DNA of 64,000 nucleotides, taken from Octopus sinensis (Eukaryota). The notes beneath the pieces are model-generated. The model was not told the DNA's origin and made no database searches. It worked only from the letters and a program-made list of their open reading frames with translations. Positions 37,331 through 48,273 of the stretch are shown piece after piece. The DNA lies in assembly GCF_006345805.1 (NCBI RefSeq), contig NC_042997.1:128402001-128466000 (forward strand), written 5' to 3'. The position numbers and the translations under genes are program-made. Positions within the stretch are counted from its first letter, which is position 1. Each line of letters starts with the position of its first letter.

Positions 37331-39159
37331 TATGGTTTCTATATAGTTTCTCTATGGAATATTCAGTTTCATTCTCAAGGTTTGAATCAAATTAAGACTA
37401 ATAGTAGAAGATACTTTCTCTGACTGTAATGCAGTGGTATGAACCTAGAATCTCATGATTTGTAAAGGAAACTCTTTTAAGCACAATCGTCTCTCTAACC
37501 ATAAATTTATATACTTCTGTATAACTATACATTGTGTTTGCATATGTGTGTGTGTGTGTGCATGCATGTGTGTGTGTATGTGTGCATGCATGTGTGTGTG
37601 TGTGTGCGTGCATGTGTGTGTGTGGTGTGTGTGTGTGTGTGTAAAATTGTTATATTTAATTTATTTTAATTGTATGGGCTGCCATTAATTCATCTTAGGA
37701 AAGGAATTTTTTTTTATATTATTAAATTTCCTTTTCTTTCTAAATCTGAAGAAATTCTTGCTGAGATCAGAGCAGTTGACTCATAAACCTGTGGATCTTA
37801 AACATTCAAGATCATTCACATTTCAAATACTTTCAATATATTATAAATTGTTGAAAGATTAAAATACAAAATGACAAGTAAAAACTCTAAACTGTCTGTA
37901 GCTATTTGCTAAGTACTATTAATAGTTTCAAATTACTTTTATGGAGTTTTATGTATTTTTATTGTTGTCTTATTTTCAATATTTTTTAAGGCTTTCTATC
38001 TCTTTGTTTCCCCCACCTTGCCCTATGAAAGTTCTGTATGATCTTATTGAAGGAACTTAATAGAAATAATACTTCTGGAATGGAGTCAGGGATCTTCAGC
38101 ATGAAAGAAAAAAAATAATAGCTTCTGTAATGCAGATATTTGGCTGACTAATCTAAGTTGACTTGTTTTTATTAAGAGTGTGGAAGCAATTAGTATGATT
38201 TCATTTTTGTCATGAATATCAAGTAGAAACCTACCCTTTTTAAAACTTATTCCCTACCTCCATTTATTAAAAGAGATCAAATAAAAGCATATATTTTTTT
38301 TAATAATTAGCTTTAAAAAAAAAAACATGTGAGAGATATTAAAAATTTAGATTTATTCTATATTTTATTGATATAGTGATTTTCCTTGTGAAGAATTTCT
38401 CTCCTTAAAACAGCACAGTTGAGAAATATAGTTTCACTAGTTTTGTTTGTAATGTTATTTCATTTCTTTAGAAGTTTGGTCATATTTCTTGGACTTGGCA
38501 AAGACTCTTTACTTTTAGTTTCTTAAATCTGCCAAACTAGAGCATCAACACCACTGCCATTTCATGGTTGAAGTGTTGCAAAAGCATTCAGCTGTAAATC
38601 ACAACGTTCAACAATACAAGAAATGGTGAAGTATTAACTGCTCAAGGCTTTGGAATCTTAGATTTCAGATTCATTTAGTTTTAAAAGAATTTTGTGTGTA
38701 GTTTTCAAGTTTGTAGAAAGGTTGCATGTTGCTGAAAGGAAGATAGTTTAGATTTTACATTTGAATCTGGACAACTGTGTAATATGTGACCCATGTAACA
38801 GAAGATTAATTTCAGGTAATGAATTGAAGGTCAAAGAATGTCTGGCAGTGACAATTTACAATTCAGTATCTATTTCTTTCTTTCTTTCTCTTTCTAAATA
38901 AAATCAGAATGACCTACTAGTTATAGTATGATAATCTTTGACTCTGTGGTTGTGAGTTCAAATCTTAGAAAAGTTATTGTGTTAGATATTTTTGTGAAGC
39001 AATTTATTTACTTGCTTCACAAAAATACTTTGTCTACTTGGTTTAAGAATATAGATATTCTGCTTCAATCTTTGGGGTTATGGAGGGCATGTCTTTTAAA
39101 TTTCACTGTCTGAATTTGTATATCTATGCAATTCATGTTGAAATGGAAAGAAAAACACT

Positions 39160-39470
39160 CTTTACTCTTGTGCTTGTTTGTTTTAGCCATTGGACAGCAG
39201 CCAAGCTGGAGTATTATCTTGAAGGGTTCAGTCAATCATATCAACCACAGTACTTATACATCCGTACGTGTGTATGTACATATGTATGCCTGTACTAAAA
39301 TATTGACTGGCTTCTGTTAATTTTCAGCAACCAGATTCACTTATAAGGCATTGGTTGGTCCAGAGCTGAAGTAGAAAACATTTGCCAAATGTACCGCACA
39401 GTGAATCTGAACTGGAAACCACAAGGTTGCACTGAAAACTTCTTAACCACACAACCATGCCTGCACCTAT
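39160..39470 (-). mobile_element. tRNA-headed SINE, internally deleted
   Basis: gccattggacagcagccaagctggagtattatcttgaaggg...acttcttaaccacacaaccatgcc. Confidence 0.7.
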
Positions 39471-40925
39471 ATATGTAATTATTAGATATTGTTACATCAG
39501 ATGTTTTCCCATGCTTCTGAAGATTTGATGATTCTACCAAGTTTGACATTTCTGTTGTTCAGAACAAACGTGTTAACAATAGATGCCCTTTCTGTGCCAA
39601 CTGTGCAACACCTTTAAGTCTGAAATGTCAGCTGTTGGTCATTGTACTATCTGCAGTACAATTCTTAACAGATTGTAATGTCAAAGTAAAAGGCCGTGAA
39701 CAAACTATTAGATAGAATGAATGAAAGTAAGGTCATGGATTCACTGAATTTTGTGATTAAAATTTGATAACAGATTAAATGATGCCTCTTGTATCCAGGT
39801 TTTGTTGTTATATAATGCCAAGTTAGTCCAATTAAGTAAACCAATGGTCAAAAGCATTCCAATAGTGACAATCTTGTCCTTTTATATATATCTACAATTA
39901 CTTCCTCCATTCTGTCCTGGTTTATTATTTTTTTTTAGATGAGTGCAATTTGAGGAGTTTGGAGTAATGTTCCTAGAATGATGGTTGATTTCATTGATGA
40001 TCCCTCATTGGCTTATATCAGAGATTGAAATTTGAAGCAAAAGTGATGAAACTACAACTATGTTTTGAAGAAGCTTCATGTTCATCCTTAAACTTTTGTC
40101 TTCATTTCAAGAAATTGGGTCTTTCATAGGAATATCTCTTCAAAATTATCCAAACTAATTTCTTAACTTGTCTACAGATGTAGCATCAACATCTGTCTTT
40201 ATTCTTATTATATATGATATATCTACAAATGTTTCATTAAGAGATTTTGTTATGACATAACGTGGTATAGACAAGTTTGTAAGACATGCAAATCTATACA
40301 ATTATGCATATGTTATGTTTAAACTCTCAAATTGTCAGGTTATACTGCAATATAGACAGGTAAATACTGATATGCTACAACACTGAAGAACAAAGTAACA
40401 CATTAAATTCAAATAAGGAATACCACTATTCAAAAATGGAAGTGGGCTGTAGTACATCAGCCAATCAGAATTGTAGGTAGCTCAGTTAGACTGACAAAGA
40501 AATCGACAGTAGAAAGTAGGAGAGTACCAGGTTATGAATAAGTAGGAAGGGGACCTAACGTAATCTAATACAACAAAGAACAAAAAAGTTTGAATGGTAT
40601 CTTCTATTTTAAAATGTTGTTAAACCAAACCATTCAACATAGAATCAGACACTAGTATCAAAAATTTGTAACTGGCGCCAACCTTGATCTCAGACTCAGT
40701 CAATATTTTGAAGTATGCTGTAGATGCTATTAGTCAAAGGACAATATATTAAATCATATTGTGTAGTGTGGTTGCATATATGCCATATATAAGTATATAA
40801 GTGCCTTAATTTGCTTTCACAAAGATAACATGTAGAAAATTAAAATGAATACACTAGAGTAAATTGGGAGAGATAGCAAATTAATATATAGAGGAATTAT
40901 TGTGGATTAATATGAAGAATTAAGA

Positions 40926-41229
40926 AAAACTTTGAAAAAATTCAACAGAGAAAGAGACAAAAAAACTGTGCTATATTTATAATTACAATACCAAGAATAT
41001 TGAACACATTAAGAAAAGCAGATTAAGATAAAAAAAAGAAAAAAGAGGGGAAAGGTAATTGAGATAAATATGATGGGTTCAGGCATACTCAGACCTAAAC
41101 ACAGATTAGGCCTAGGTAAGTAGTTTTAAGTATTAATTGGCATCTAATTCTTTAAAATATACATACTAGCTTATATACTAAGAAAATTTAGATTACAATC
41201 TGTCAGACATTTATTTTAAAGTTATGAAC
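40926..41229 (+). repeat. Left arm of 304-bp perfect inverted repeat
   Basis: Checked block by block by eye against 42244-42547, including homopolymer lengths (A6, A7, A8, A6); no mismatch found. Confidence 0.95.
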
Positions 41230-41619
41230 AAAAATTATCATAATTTATAAGTAGAAATAGAAAAAGAATCAGAACCAATAGTTGTACTAAAAAATGTAAA
41301 TTAACTAAGAAGCCTGATCTACCAAATTAAAATAATATTGACATGTTTATTATAAATTATATATTAAGAAAATAAATAAATCATTTAACTAATTAAATAA
41401 ATTAATGTCTAAACTTAGAAGAGTGCTAGGTATGAATTTATATGATTTATATTATTACTAGGGGGAAATCATACAAATATGAAGTAGATATTTAATTTGA
41501 ATCTATTTAATTTATTTTTTTTATTTAATTTTACCAATCTATTTGATATCATTCGAATGATAAATAATTATAAACTAAGATTGTTTAAATTCAAATTTAA
41601 ATCAATGAAATTAGAGCAA

Positions 41620-42060
41620 GTATGTTTGTAATACACCAAGAATCCTGTTATAGGATGCATTTAAAGTGTTGAAAAATAGATTTCAAACAATTCCATGTGA
41701 CAGAGATTGCAACCCATATCTATTGCTGACATAGGACTTTGCATACCTAGCTATGCTCCATGATAAATTAAACTCTGTATTATTTCCTTTCAATTTCCAG
41801 ATTTTTGTGGCAAGAGAAGTTGATTTTGCTTTACTTCTGGTTATGTAATCTTCATTTGTTATCAATCGTCCCCTATGTATCTGAAAGACCATTGATCAAT
41901 TTTTACAGTACACCTATACATGATCTTTATAGTCAAGTATTTATTGTTGCACAGTTTAGTTAAACCTAGGGAGAGGAACAACTTGGAGTACACAATTGAC
42001 TGTATTATTCTGTCTTCTGTTGTTTTGAGTTGCTATAAGTGTTGGTATCTCTATCATTAT
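41620..42060 (-). mobile_element. Penelope-like element GIY-YIG endonuclease remnant
   Basis: Minus strand KIMYRCTVK...FRYIG, KSTSLATKIWKLKGNNTEFNLSWSI..AKSY, and CNLCHMELFEI in the next frame; frameshifted. Confidence 0.8.
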
Positions 42061-42243
42061 TTGTTTTACCATTATTACTATTATAAACATCTCTTAGATC
42101 CTCATCGGTGTTAAATTGATTATGACTGCTATTATAATTCAAATTATTCCTACAATAATTACTCTTTATACTATGATTACTGTCATTATCAACATTACCC
42201 TTCTTCTTCTTCTTCTTTTTCTTCTTCTTTTGCTTCTTTTAAA

Positions 42244-42547
42244 GTTCATAACTTTAAAATAAATGTCTGACAGATTGTAATCTAAATTTTCTTAGTATAT
42301 AAGCTAGTATGTATATTTTAAAGAATTAGATGCCAATTAATACTTAAAACTACTTACCTAGGCCTAATCTGTGTTTAGGTCTGAGTATGCCTGAACCCAT
42401 CATATTTATCTCAATTACCTTTCCCCTCTTTTTTCTTTTTTTTATCTTAATCTGCTTTTCTTAATGTGTTCAATATTCTTGGTATTGTAATTATAAATAT
42501 AGCACAGTTTTTTTGTCTCTTTCTCTGTTGAATTTTTTCAAAGTTTT
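42244..42547 (-). repeat. Right arm of 304-bp perfect inverted repeat, embedded in (CTT)n
   Basis: Flanked by (CTT)n at 42200-42240 and 42548-42566. Confidence 0.95.
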
Positions 42548-42599
42548 CTTCTTCTTCTTCTTCTTCCTCCTCTCATCATCATCATTATTACCAAATTTT

Positions 42600-42950
42600 T
42601 TATAGAGGGATTGTTAGGGAACTCAGTATAAGTCATAACAGTCTTACGCAAAATATCAAACCTTACTCTCCTACTGGTAGAGTGGATGTGGATTTCACAT
42701 TTGTTTGAATCAGTACTGCATTTATTAGGGGAATGTTTACTTATCTTATTATGGTTAATAGCAGCAATATTATCTGCTAAATTGGTTGTGGTAGAGAAAA
42801 AAATGGTGTAATAATACTTTTATTAAATATTTTACTGTATTTATTAGGAGGGAAGTGGTGTTCTCATGCACTACAAAAGCTCCTAGCTAATTGCATAATT
42901 ACATTTATTGCACTGGGAGGGTTATACCACATGTCATTTTTATGTAACAG
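42600..42950 (-). mobile_element. Penelope-like element RT-endonuclease linker remnant
   Basis: Minus strand MWYNPPSAINV...HHFPPNKYSKIFNKS...NLADNIAAINHNKI (WFNPP, HFP, KIFN, HNK motifs). Confidence 0.75.
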
Positions 42951-42969
42951 ATGCTTACCAAGAAAAAAA

Positions 42970-43160
42970 AGTTGTGAGCTGGTAGAATTGTTAATATGCC
43001 AGAAAAAAATGTTTATTGTCATTTTGATTCTCTTTATATTCAGTGTTCAAATTCTGGTGAGGTCAGATTCATCTTTTATCTTTTGGGGATTGCTGAGATA
43101 AGTACCAAGTGAGCTCTGGGACTGATGTAACTAACTAGCCTTCTGCCCCCTGCCCCCAAA
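42970..43160 (+). mobile_element. SINE (second head family)
   Basis: gtgagctggtagaattgttaatatgcc...gtgttcaaattctggtgaggtcagattcatc...ataagtacc. Confidence 0.75.
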
Positions 43161-43192
43161 TTTCAGGTCTTGTTCTTGTGCATATAATAGAA

Positions 43193-43242
<50 letters not shown>

Positions 43243-43364
43243 TACAATACTGATACTTACTACTGTGACTGATATTTTTATTTATATTTCCATATTTTGG
43301 GCTAATGTTATGCTTATTACAAGTATCTTTATTACAACTACCATTATAATGATTATTATTATTT

Positions 43365-44050
43365 TCATATACACACAACAGATTAGACTGATGGAAAAGA
43401 AAAAAATCCCAACATAGGCTACAACAAGTAATCTTAGATGCCAGGAACTCTGCTAAGATTGTAGCTGTCTCTAATAACATTGTTTTCTGGAGCTGTACTA
43501 AACTGGGTTTTATGCCTATTTCCTTTATTCCTCTGTTCAGATCTTTAGGGATAGTTCCCAATGCACCCATAACTACTGAGATACATTTTACCCTCACTTT
43601 CCATAGTCTCTGTAATTCAATGACTAGGTCCTGGTACTTTGCAATTTTTTCTATATCTCTCATATTGAATTTTTCATCATTTGAGACTGTAAAGTCAATT
43701 ATCTGGCACTTTCTATTCTTTTTATCTATTACTACCAAATCAGGCCTTCTAGCCTCTAGTACTCTGTCAGTCTGAATGTTAAAGTCCCACAACATCTTGT
43801 ATTTCTTACTTTCTAATACTTTACTGGGTGCATGCTCATACCATTTATTAGTATGTTCAAATCCTAGCTTTCTACTAAATCCCAGTGGAGTACTCTCGCT
43901 AGGTTGTCATATCTTTTCTTGTATTCTTTCTTTTCCTTGTGCGCTACATTCACTTACTATATGAATAATGCTTTCCTCTTTTGATTTGCATAACCTACAT
44001 TGGGAATCTAGTTCAGACTTTTTTACTATTAAATTCATTACACTTCTTGA
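43365..44050 (-). mobile_element. 5'-truncated R4/Dong-clade (RLE) LINE ending at a (TAA)n array (43195-43365)
   Basis: CRLCKSKEESIIHIV...YKKRYDNLARVLHWDL; WYEHAPSKVLE; MLWDFNIQTDRVLEARRPDLVVIDKK...IIDF...KIAKYQDL...VVMGALG...LQKTMLLETATIL. Confidence 0.9.
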
Positions 44051-44430
44051 GAACAGTGCCTTACATAATTTAAATTTTTATCTCTGACTTGTGGAAGGGT
44101 AAGATTAACCTAGATTTGAGTTCTAAAATAACATCTAGTAAGTTTGCTACCTTGAAGTTATTGTCCATTGAGATGCTCCTAAACAGTTTATTTTCTTCCT
44201 GATCATTTCAATGTCAGCTTTACTAGTGCTAGGAATAACAAACAAATGTCATCACAATACAAACCTTCTGAGAGATCTGGGAAGTTTTCAGGTAAGCACT
44301 GACAAGATCAGTGACTTGGGCAGAGTCACTGTATCTCATGGTAATATTGAAATTACTGGTTCAGTTCTTTCTAGTCCAAAGTTTCCTATCAAATACAATA
44401 ACTTAGCCTCTAGTATGTAGAATGATACCA
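44051..44430 (-). mobile_element. Penelope-like element reverse transcriptase remnant
   Basis: Minus strand FNITMRYSDSAQVTDLV, GLYCDDIC, DIEMIRKKI, NLLDVILEL...PFHK, NYVRHCS (FDVTMGSYDGAE, GLYRDDG, NFLDVTL motifs). Confidence 0.75.
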
Positions 44431-44443
44431 ATATTGCTACATA

Positions 44444-44637
44444 TTAGAGAAGAATTTTCATTGTGAAAATTAATGACTTATTAGTAATATGGGGGGATAT
44501 ACAGGAGTGTATGTACATATATTGTTTATGTGTTTGTATACACATATTAATCTAGCCTCCTATGCGCATATATTCCAGTATATTGCCTGTATTACTGAAT
44601 AAGTATTTAATATTCACAATGAAAAATTCTTCTCTAA
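44444..44637. repeat. Old ~190-bp hairpin/MITE-like element
   Basis: ttagagaagaattttcattgtgaa pairs with ttcacaatgaaaaattcttctctaa; weaker pairing continues inward. Confidence 0.65.
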
Positions 44638-44659
44638 CACACAGTAATATTACATATAC

Positions 44660-45049
44660 AGCAAGTTTGTCCTACTATAGCCGCGGACCAACCAAAGCCT
44701 TGTGAGTGGATTTGATAGAAACTGAAAGAAGCCCGTTATATATATATATATAATAATATTAGGGAATAAATCCAAACTTACAGGGAAAAATTAGATTTAG
44801 GATTAAATCCAATTTTATAGTGTAAATATATTATTTTATATTATATTAAATTAGAGATAAAACCACTATTAGGCAAATCAAACAGTGAAAAACATAAGCC
44901 AATACATAAAATATAAAAGTTAAAAATATTTTAAAATTAATTTTATGTATTGGCTTATGATTTTCATTGTTTGATTTGCCTAATAGTGGTTTTATCTCTA
45001 ATTTAATATAATATAATATATATATACATAAATATGTATACATACATAT

Positions 45050-45093
<44 letters not shown>

Positions 45094-45300
45094 TTGTGTG
45101 TCTGTGTTTGTCTCCCTCCCACCACCGCTTGACAACCGATGTTGGTGTGTTTACGTCTCTGTAACTTTGCAGTTCAGCAAAAGAGACCAATAGCATAAGT
45201 ACTTGGCTTACAAAGAATAAGTCCTTGAGTTGATTTGTTCGACAAAAGGCAGTGTTCCAGCATGGTCACAGTCAGATGACTGAAACAAGTAAAAGAATAA
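44660..45300 (+). mobile_element. tRNA-headed SINE (head 44660-44740, core/tail 45090-45300) split by an insertion in its (TA)n
   Basis: gtgagtggatttgatagaaactgaaagaagcccg...; gtgtctgtgtttgtctccctcccaccaccgcttgacaaccgatgttgg...gactgaaacaagtaaaagaataaaag. Confidence 0.8.
44755..45015. mobile_element. TA-flanked hairpin element (76-bp arms 44837-44912 / 44940-45015, 2 mismatches, 27-nt loop)
   Basis: tatattaaattagagataaaaccactattaggcaaatcaaacagtgaaaaacataagccaatacataaaat and its reverse complement. Confidence 0.85.
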
Positions 45301-45319
45301 AAGAAATACATATGCGTAC

Positions 45320-45415
45320 ACATGTATGTATATATATATGTATATATGTATATATATATGTATATATATATATGTATATATAATATATATATATGTATAT
45401 ATATGTATATATATG

Positions 45416-45450
<35 letters not shown>

Positions 45451-45502
45451 TATATATATATATATATATGCCTACACATACACATATATATATGTGTGTG
45501 TA

Positions 45503-45564
<62 letters not shown>

Positions 45565-45597
45565 TATATACATATAGATGCATACACACATGTAGAT

Positions 45598-45674
<77 letters not shown>

Positions 45675-45745
45675 CATATAGATGCATACACACATGTAGA
45701 TACACATATATATATGTTTATATATATAGAGAGAGAGAGAGATAT
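45320..45745. repeat. Complex (TA)n/(TACA) array with a ~104-bp internal duplication
   Basis: catatagatgcatacacacatgtagatacac at 45571 and 45675. Confidence 0.9.
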
Positions 45746-45800
45746 ATGTGCGCGTGTGTGTGTATCAATGTTCTCTGAGTTTTATTTTTCTTCTTTGCAG

Positions 45801-45823
45801 AATCCAACTCACTCACTAACAAA
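45801..45823 (+). CDS. Candidate 23-nt microexon; unverified
   Basis: TTTTATTTTTCTTCTTTGCAG acceptor and AAA|GTGAGA donor; two frames open (NPTHSLT / xSNSLTNK). Confidence 0.3.
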
Positions 45824-46939
45824 GTGAGAAGTCTCTTTTGCTTGAGTCAAGATACATTTTGAGATTTGTGACTGAGTTAATGTGCGAATAAATTTGCACT
45901 CATGTAATCAGTGTGCATGCCACCTTTAGTACATGTGCATGTGCTATATGCACTGTGTTTGTGTGCATATCTTCATTCCAGGAAACTCAAATAGAGAATC
46001 CCTGAAATGTAATTTTTATATGTAGATTTTATACATGGAATTTGTTAAAACTTATCAACTGAAATCAGTGATTATATCACTCTTGGTGTAATGAATTTCA
46101 CATGTTACTCTCCATACATATGTAAATATATTCATATTTTCAGATTCATGTTTACACATTACGCTGAATACTAGATTACAATGTATCTTGAGAAGTATGT
46201 ATTCTTTGCTTCATATTTACTAATGCACATAAGCATACATGCACACAAGCATACATGCACACACACATGTAAATACTGCAAATACACACTACATGTTGTA
46301 TATTGTAATCAGAATCAATCATTAAATTTTTAAATCAGAAATAATATTATCATCATCATCATTATATTTAATATATTTACATGTAGATGCTAGGATATAC
46401 CAACTGGAGAAAAAATACTTAAGAAGCGCATGTAACAAGGTTATTTGAATAGCAGCTAAGTTTTGTGTGCGTGTGTGTGTGTTTGTATTTGTGTCTGTGT
46501 GTGTGTGTATGTGTGTGCATGATAGTTGTGTTAGTTAAGCAGTTCACTTTGCAATCATTGGGTAAGTTATCTCAGCTATAGCCTCAGGCTGACTAATTCC
46601 TTGTAAGTAAAATTCAGTAAAGAGAAACTGTTGGAAACCCCATCTTCGTGTGTGTGTGTGTGTGTGTGTATGTGTGTGTGTGTGTGTGTGTGTGTATGCA
46701 AATCTGACTGATAATTTGGTGTGTCAAACAATAAAACCTTATAGTACTTAGTCTACCAAATTACATCTCTTGAGTAAACTTCACAATTTTATAAATAAAG
46801 TCTGCTGAAATAAGCAATGAAATAAGTTCCAGACCATTGTAATGGGTTGATATAATTGATGAAGGTGATGCCCTAGCATGTCTGTTGCAGGCAGTGAATA
46901 AAAGAATAAAAGAAGAATAAAAATAAAAGGAAAGTAAAA

Positions 46940-46941
46940 CT

Positions 46942-46994
<53 letters not shown>

Positions 46995-47029
46995 ATTATA
47001 TATATATATATGTATGTATGTGTATATAT

Positions 47030-47085
<56 letters not shown>

Positions 47086-47181
47086 TATATAAAACATATA
47101 TACACATACATACATATATATATATATAAAAACATATATACACATATATACATACATACATATATATAAACATATATACAT

Positions 47182-47214
<33 letters not shown>

Positions 47215-47399
47215 TATATATAAACATATATACACATATATACACATATATACATACATATATAAACATATATACACATATATACACATATATACATACA
47301 TATATAAACATATATACACATATATACACATATATACATACATATATAAACATATATACACATATACATACATATATATATATATATATATACACATAT

Positions 47400-47451
<52 letters not shown>

Positions 47452-47541
47452 ATATATACACATATATACACTTATATACATACATATATATACACACACA
47501 TATATTCATATATGCATATATATATATATATATATATATAT
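46940..47541. repeat. ~600-bp (TA)/(TACA) array with a 42-bp higher-order repeat (47221-47346)
   Basis: taaacatatatacacatatatacacatatatacatacatata x3. Confidence 0.92.
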
Positions 47542-47697
47542 CATTTACCGATTACTGATTTAAAGTTTATTCTTGTGACTGCTCACATAACTGTTCACAG
47601 TAATTAATGTGAAGCATCACAAAATAAAAAATATATTGAGCTGAAGGTTTTTTGGGGTTTTTTTTTTGTTCCAGTGATCAGACATAATTGTGTGTGT

Positions 47698-47730
<33 letters not shown>

Positions 47731-48199
47731 ATACTCATGTGTTCATATTTGTATACAGATATATGAGACAGACAGGGGGAAACACATAAACTATTCTATA
47801 TATGAGATTTGTTGTGGAAGTCGTAATTTATCCACTCTGATAATTTCACTTTGCAGCTTGACTAGAAATGTAGAACTACGTTGTAGTATGGAGTCTGCTG
47901 TACTGCAGCAAGAGTGATGATCTTGCCAAGAAAGACACCACTTATATGTAGTGTATTGGATTTATATATAATGTAATGTTGTTGTGATACAGTAAATACA
48001 TTTGAGATTAGAATCTATACAGATGAAATAAATGTGTCAGATGTCTTCAAAGGATTGGAAGGATAATTAAAAATAGGAAAACATCACAATTTGATTGATA
48101 TTGGAATAAGTTCAAAAGCAGACCTTGATGAACTTTCACCAAGTATTTCGAGTTAATCTTGTAGGACTGGAATTAGTAAGAGGCAAAAAAAAAAATGGT

Positions 48200-48221
48200 A
48201 ATAATAATAATAATGATGATG

Positions 48222-48272
<51 letters not shown>
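48200..48272. repeat. (AAT)n microsatellite; a CT-rich polypyrimidine tract follows at ~48815-49380
   Basis: Directly visible. Confidence 0.9.

Positions 48273-48273
<1 letters not shown>

Noticed and set aside
39520-39715. 64-codon open frame without ATG (FDDSTKFD...RCPFCANC...)
   Set aside because: Contains a gatgccctt..gccaac retro-tail-like motif; weak splice signals; no family recognised
40926-42547. Reading the 304-bp arms as TIRs of a DNA transposon/MITE
   Set aside because: No TSD or TIR-type termini; the interior is decayed Penelope, and one arm splits a microsatellite
44281-44297. Second TTTTCAG|GTAAGC junction
   Set aside because: Short pyrimidine tract, and it is antisense Penelope RT coding sequence
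45322-47509. Long ORFs of Y/I/M/C/V (e.g. 46940-47509, 45393-45827)
   Set aside because: Translations of (TA)n/(TACA)n arrays, which lack stop codons; not genes
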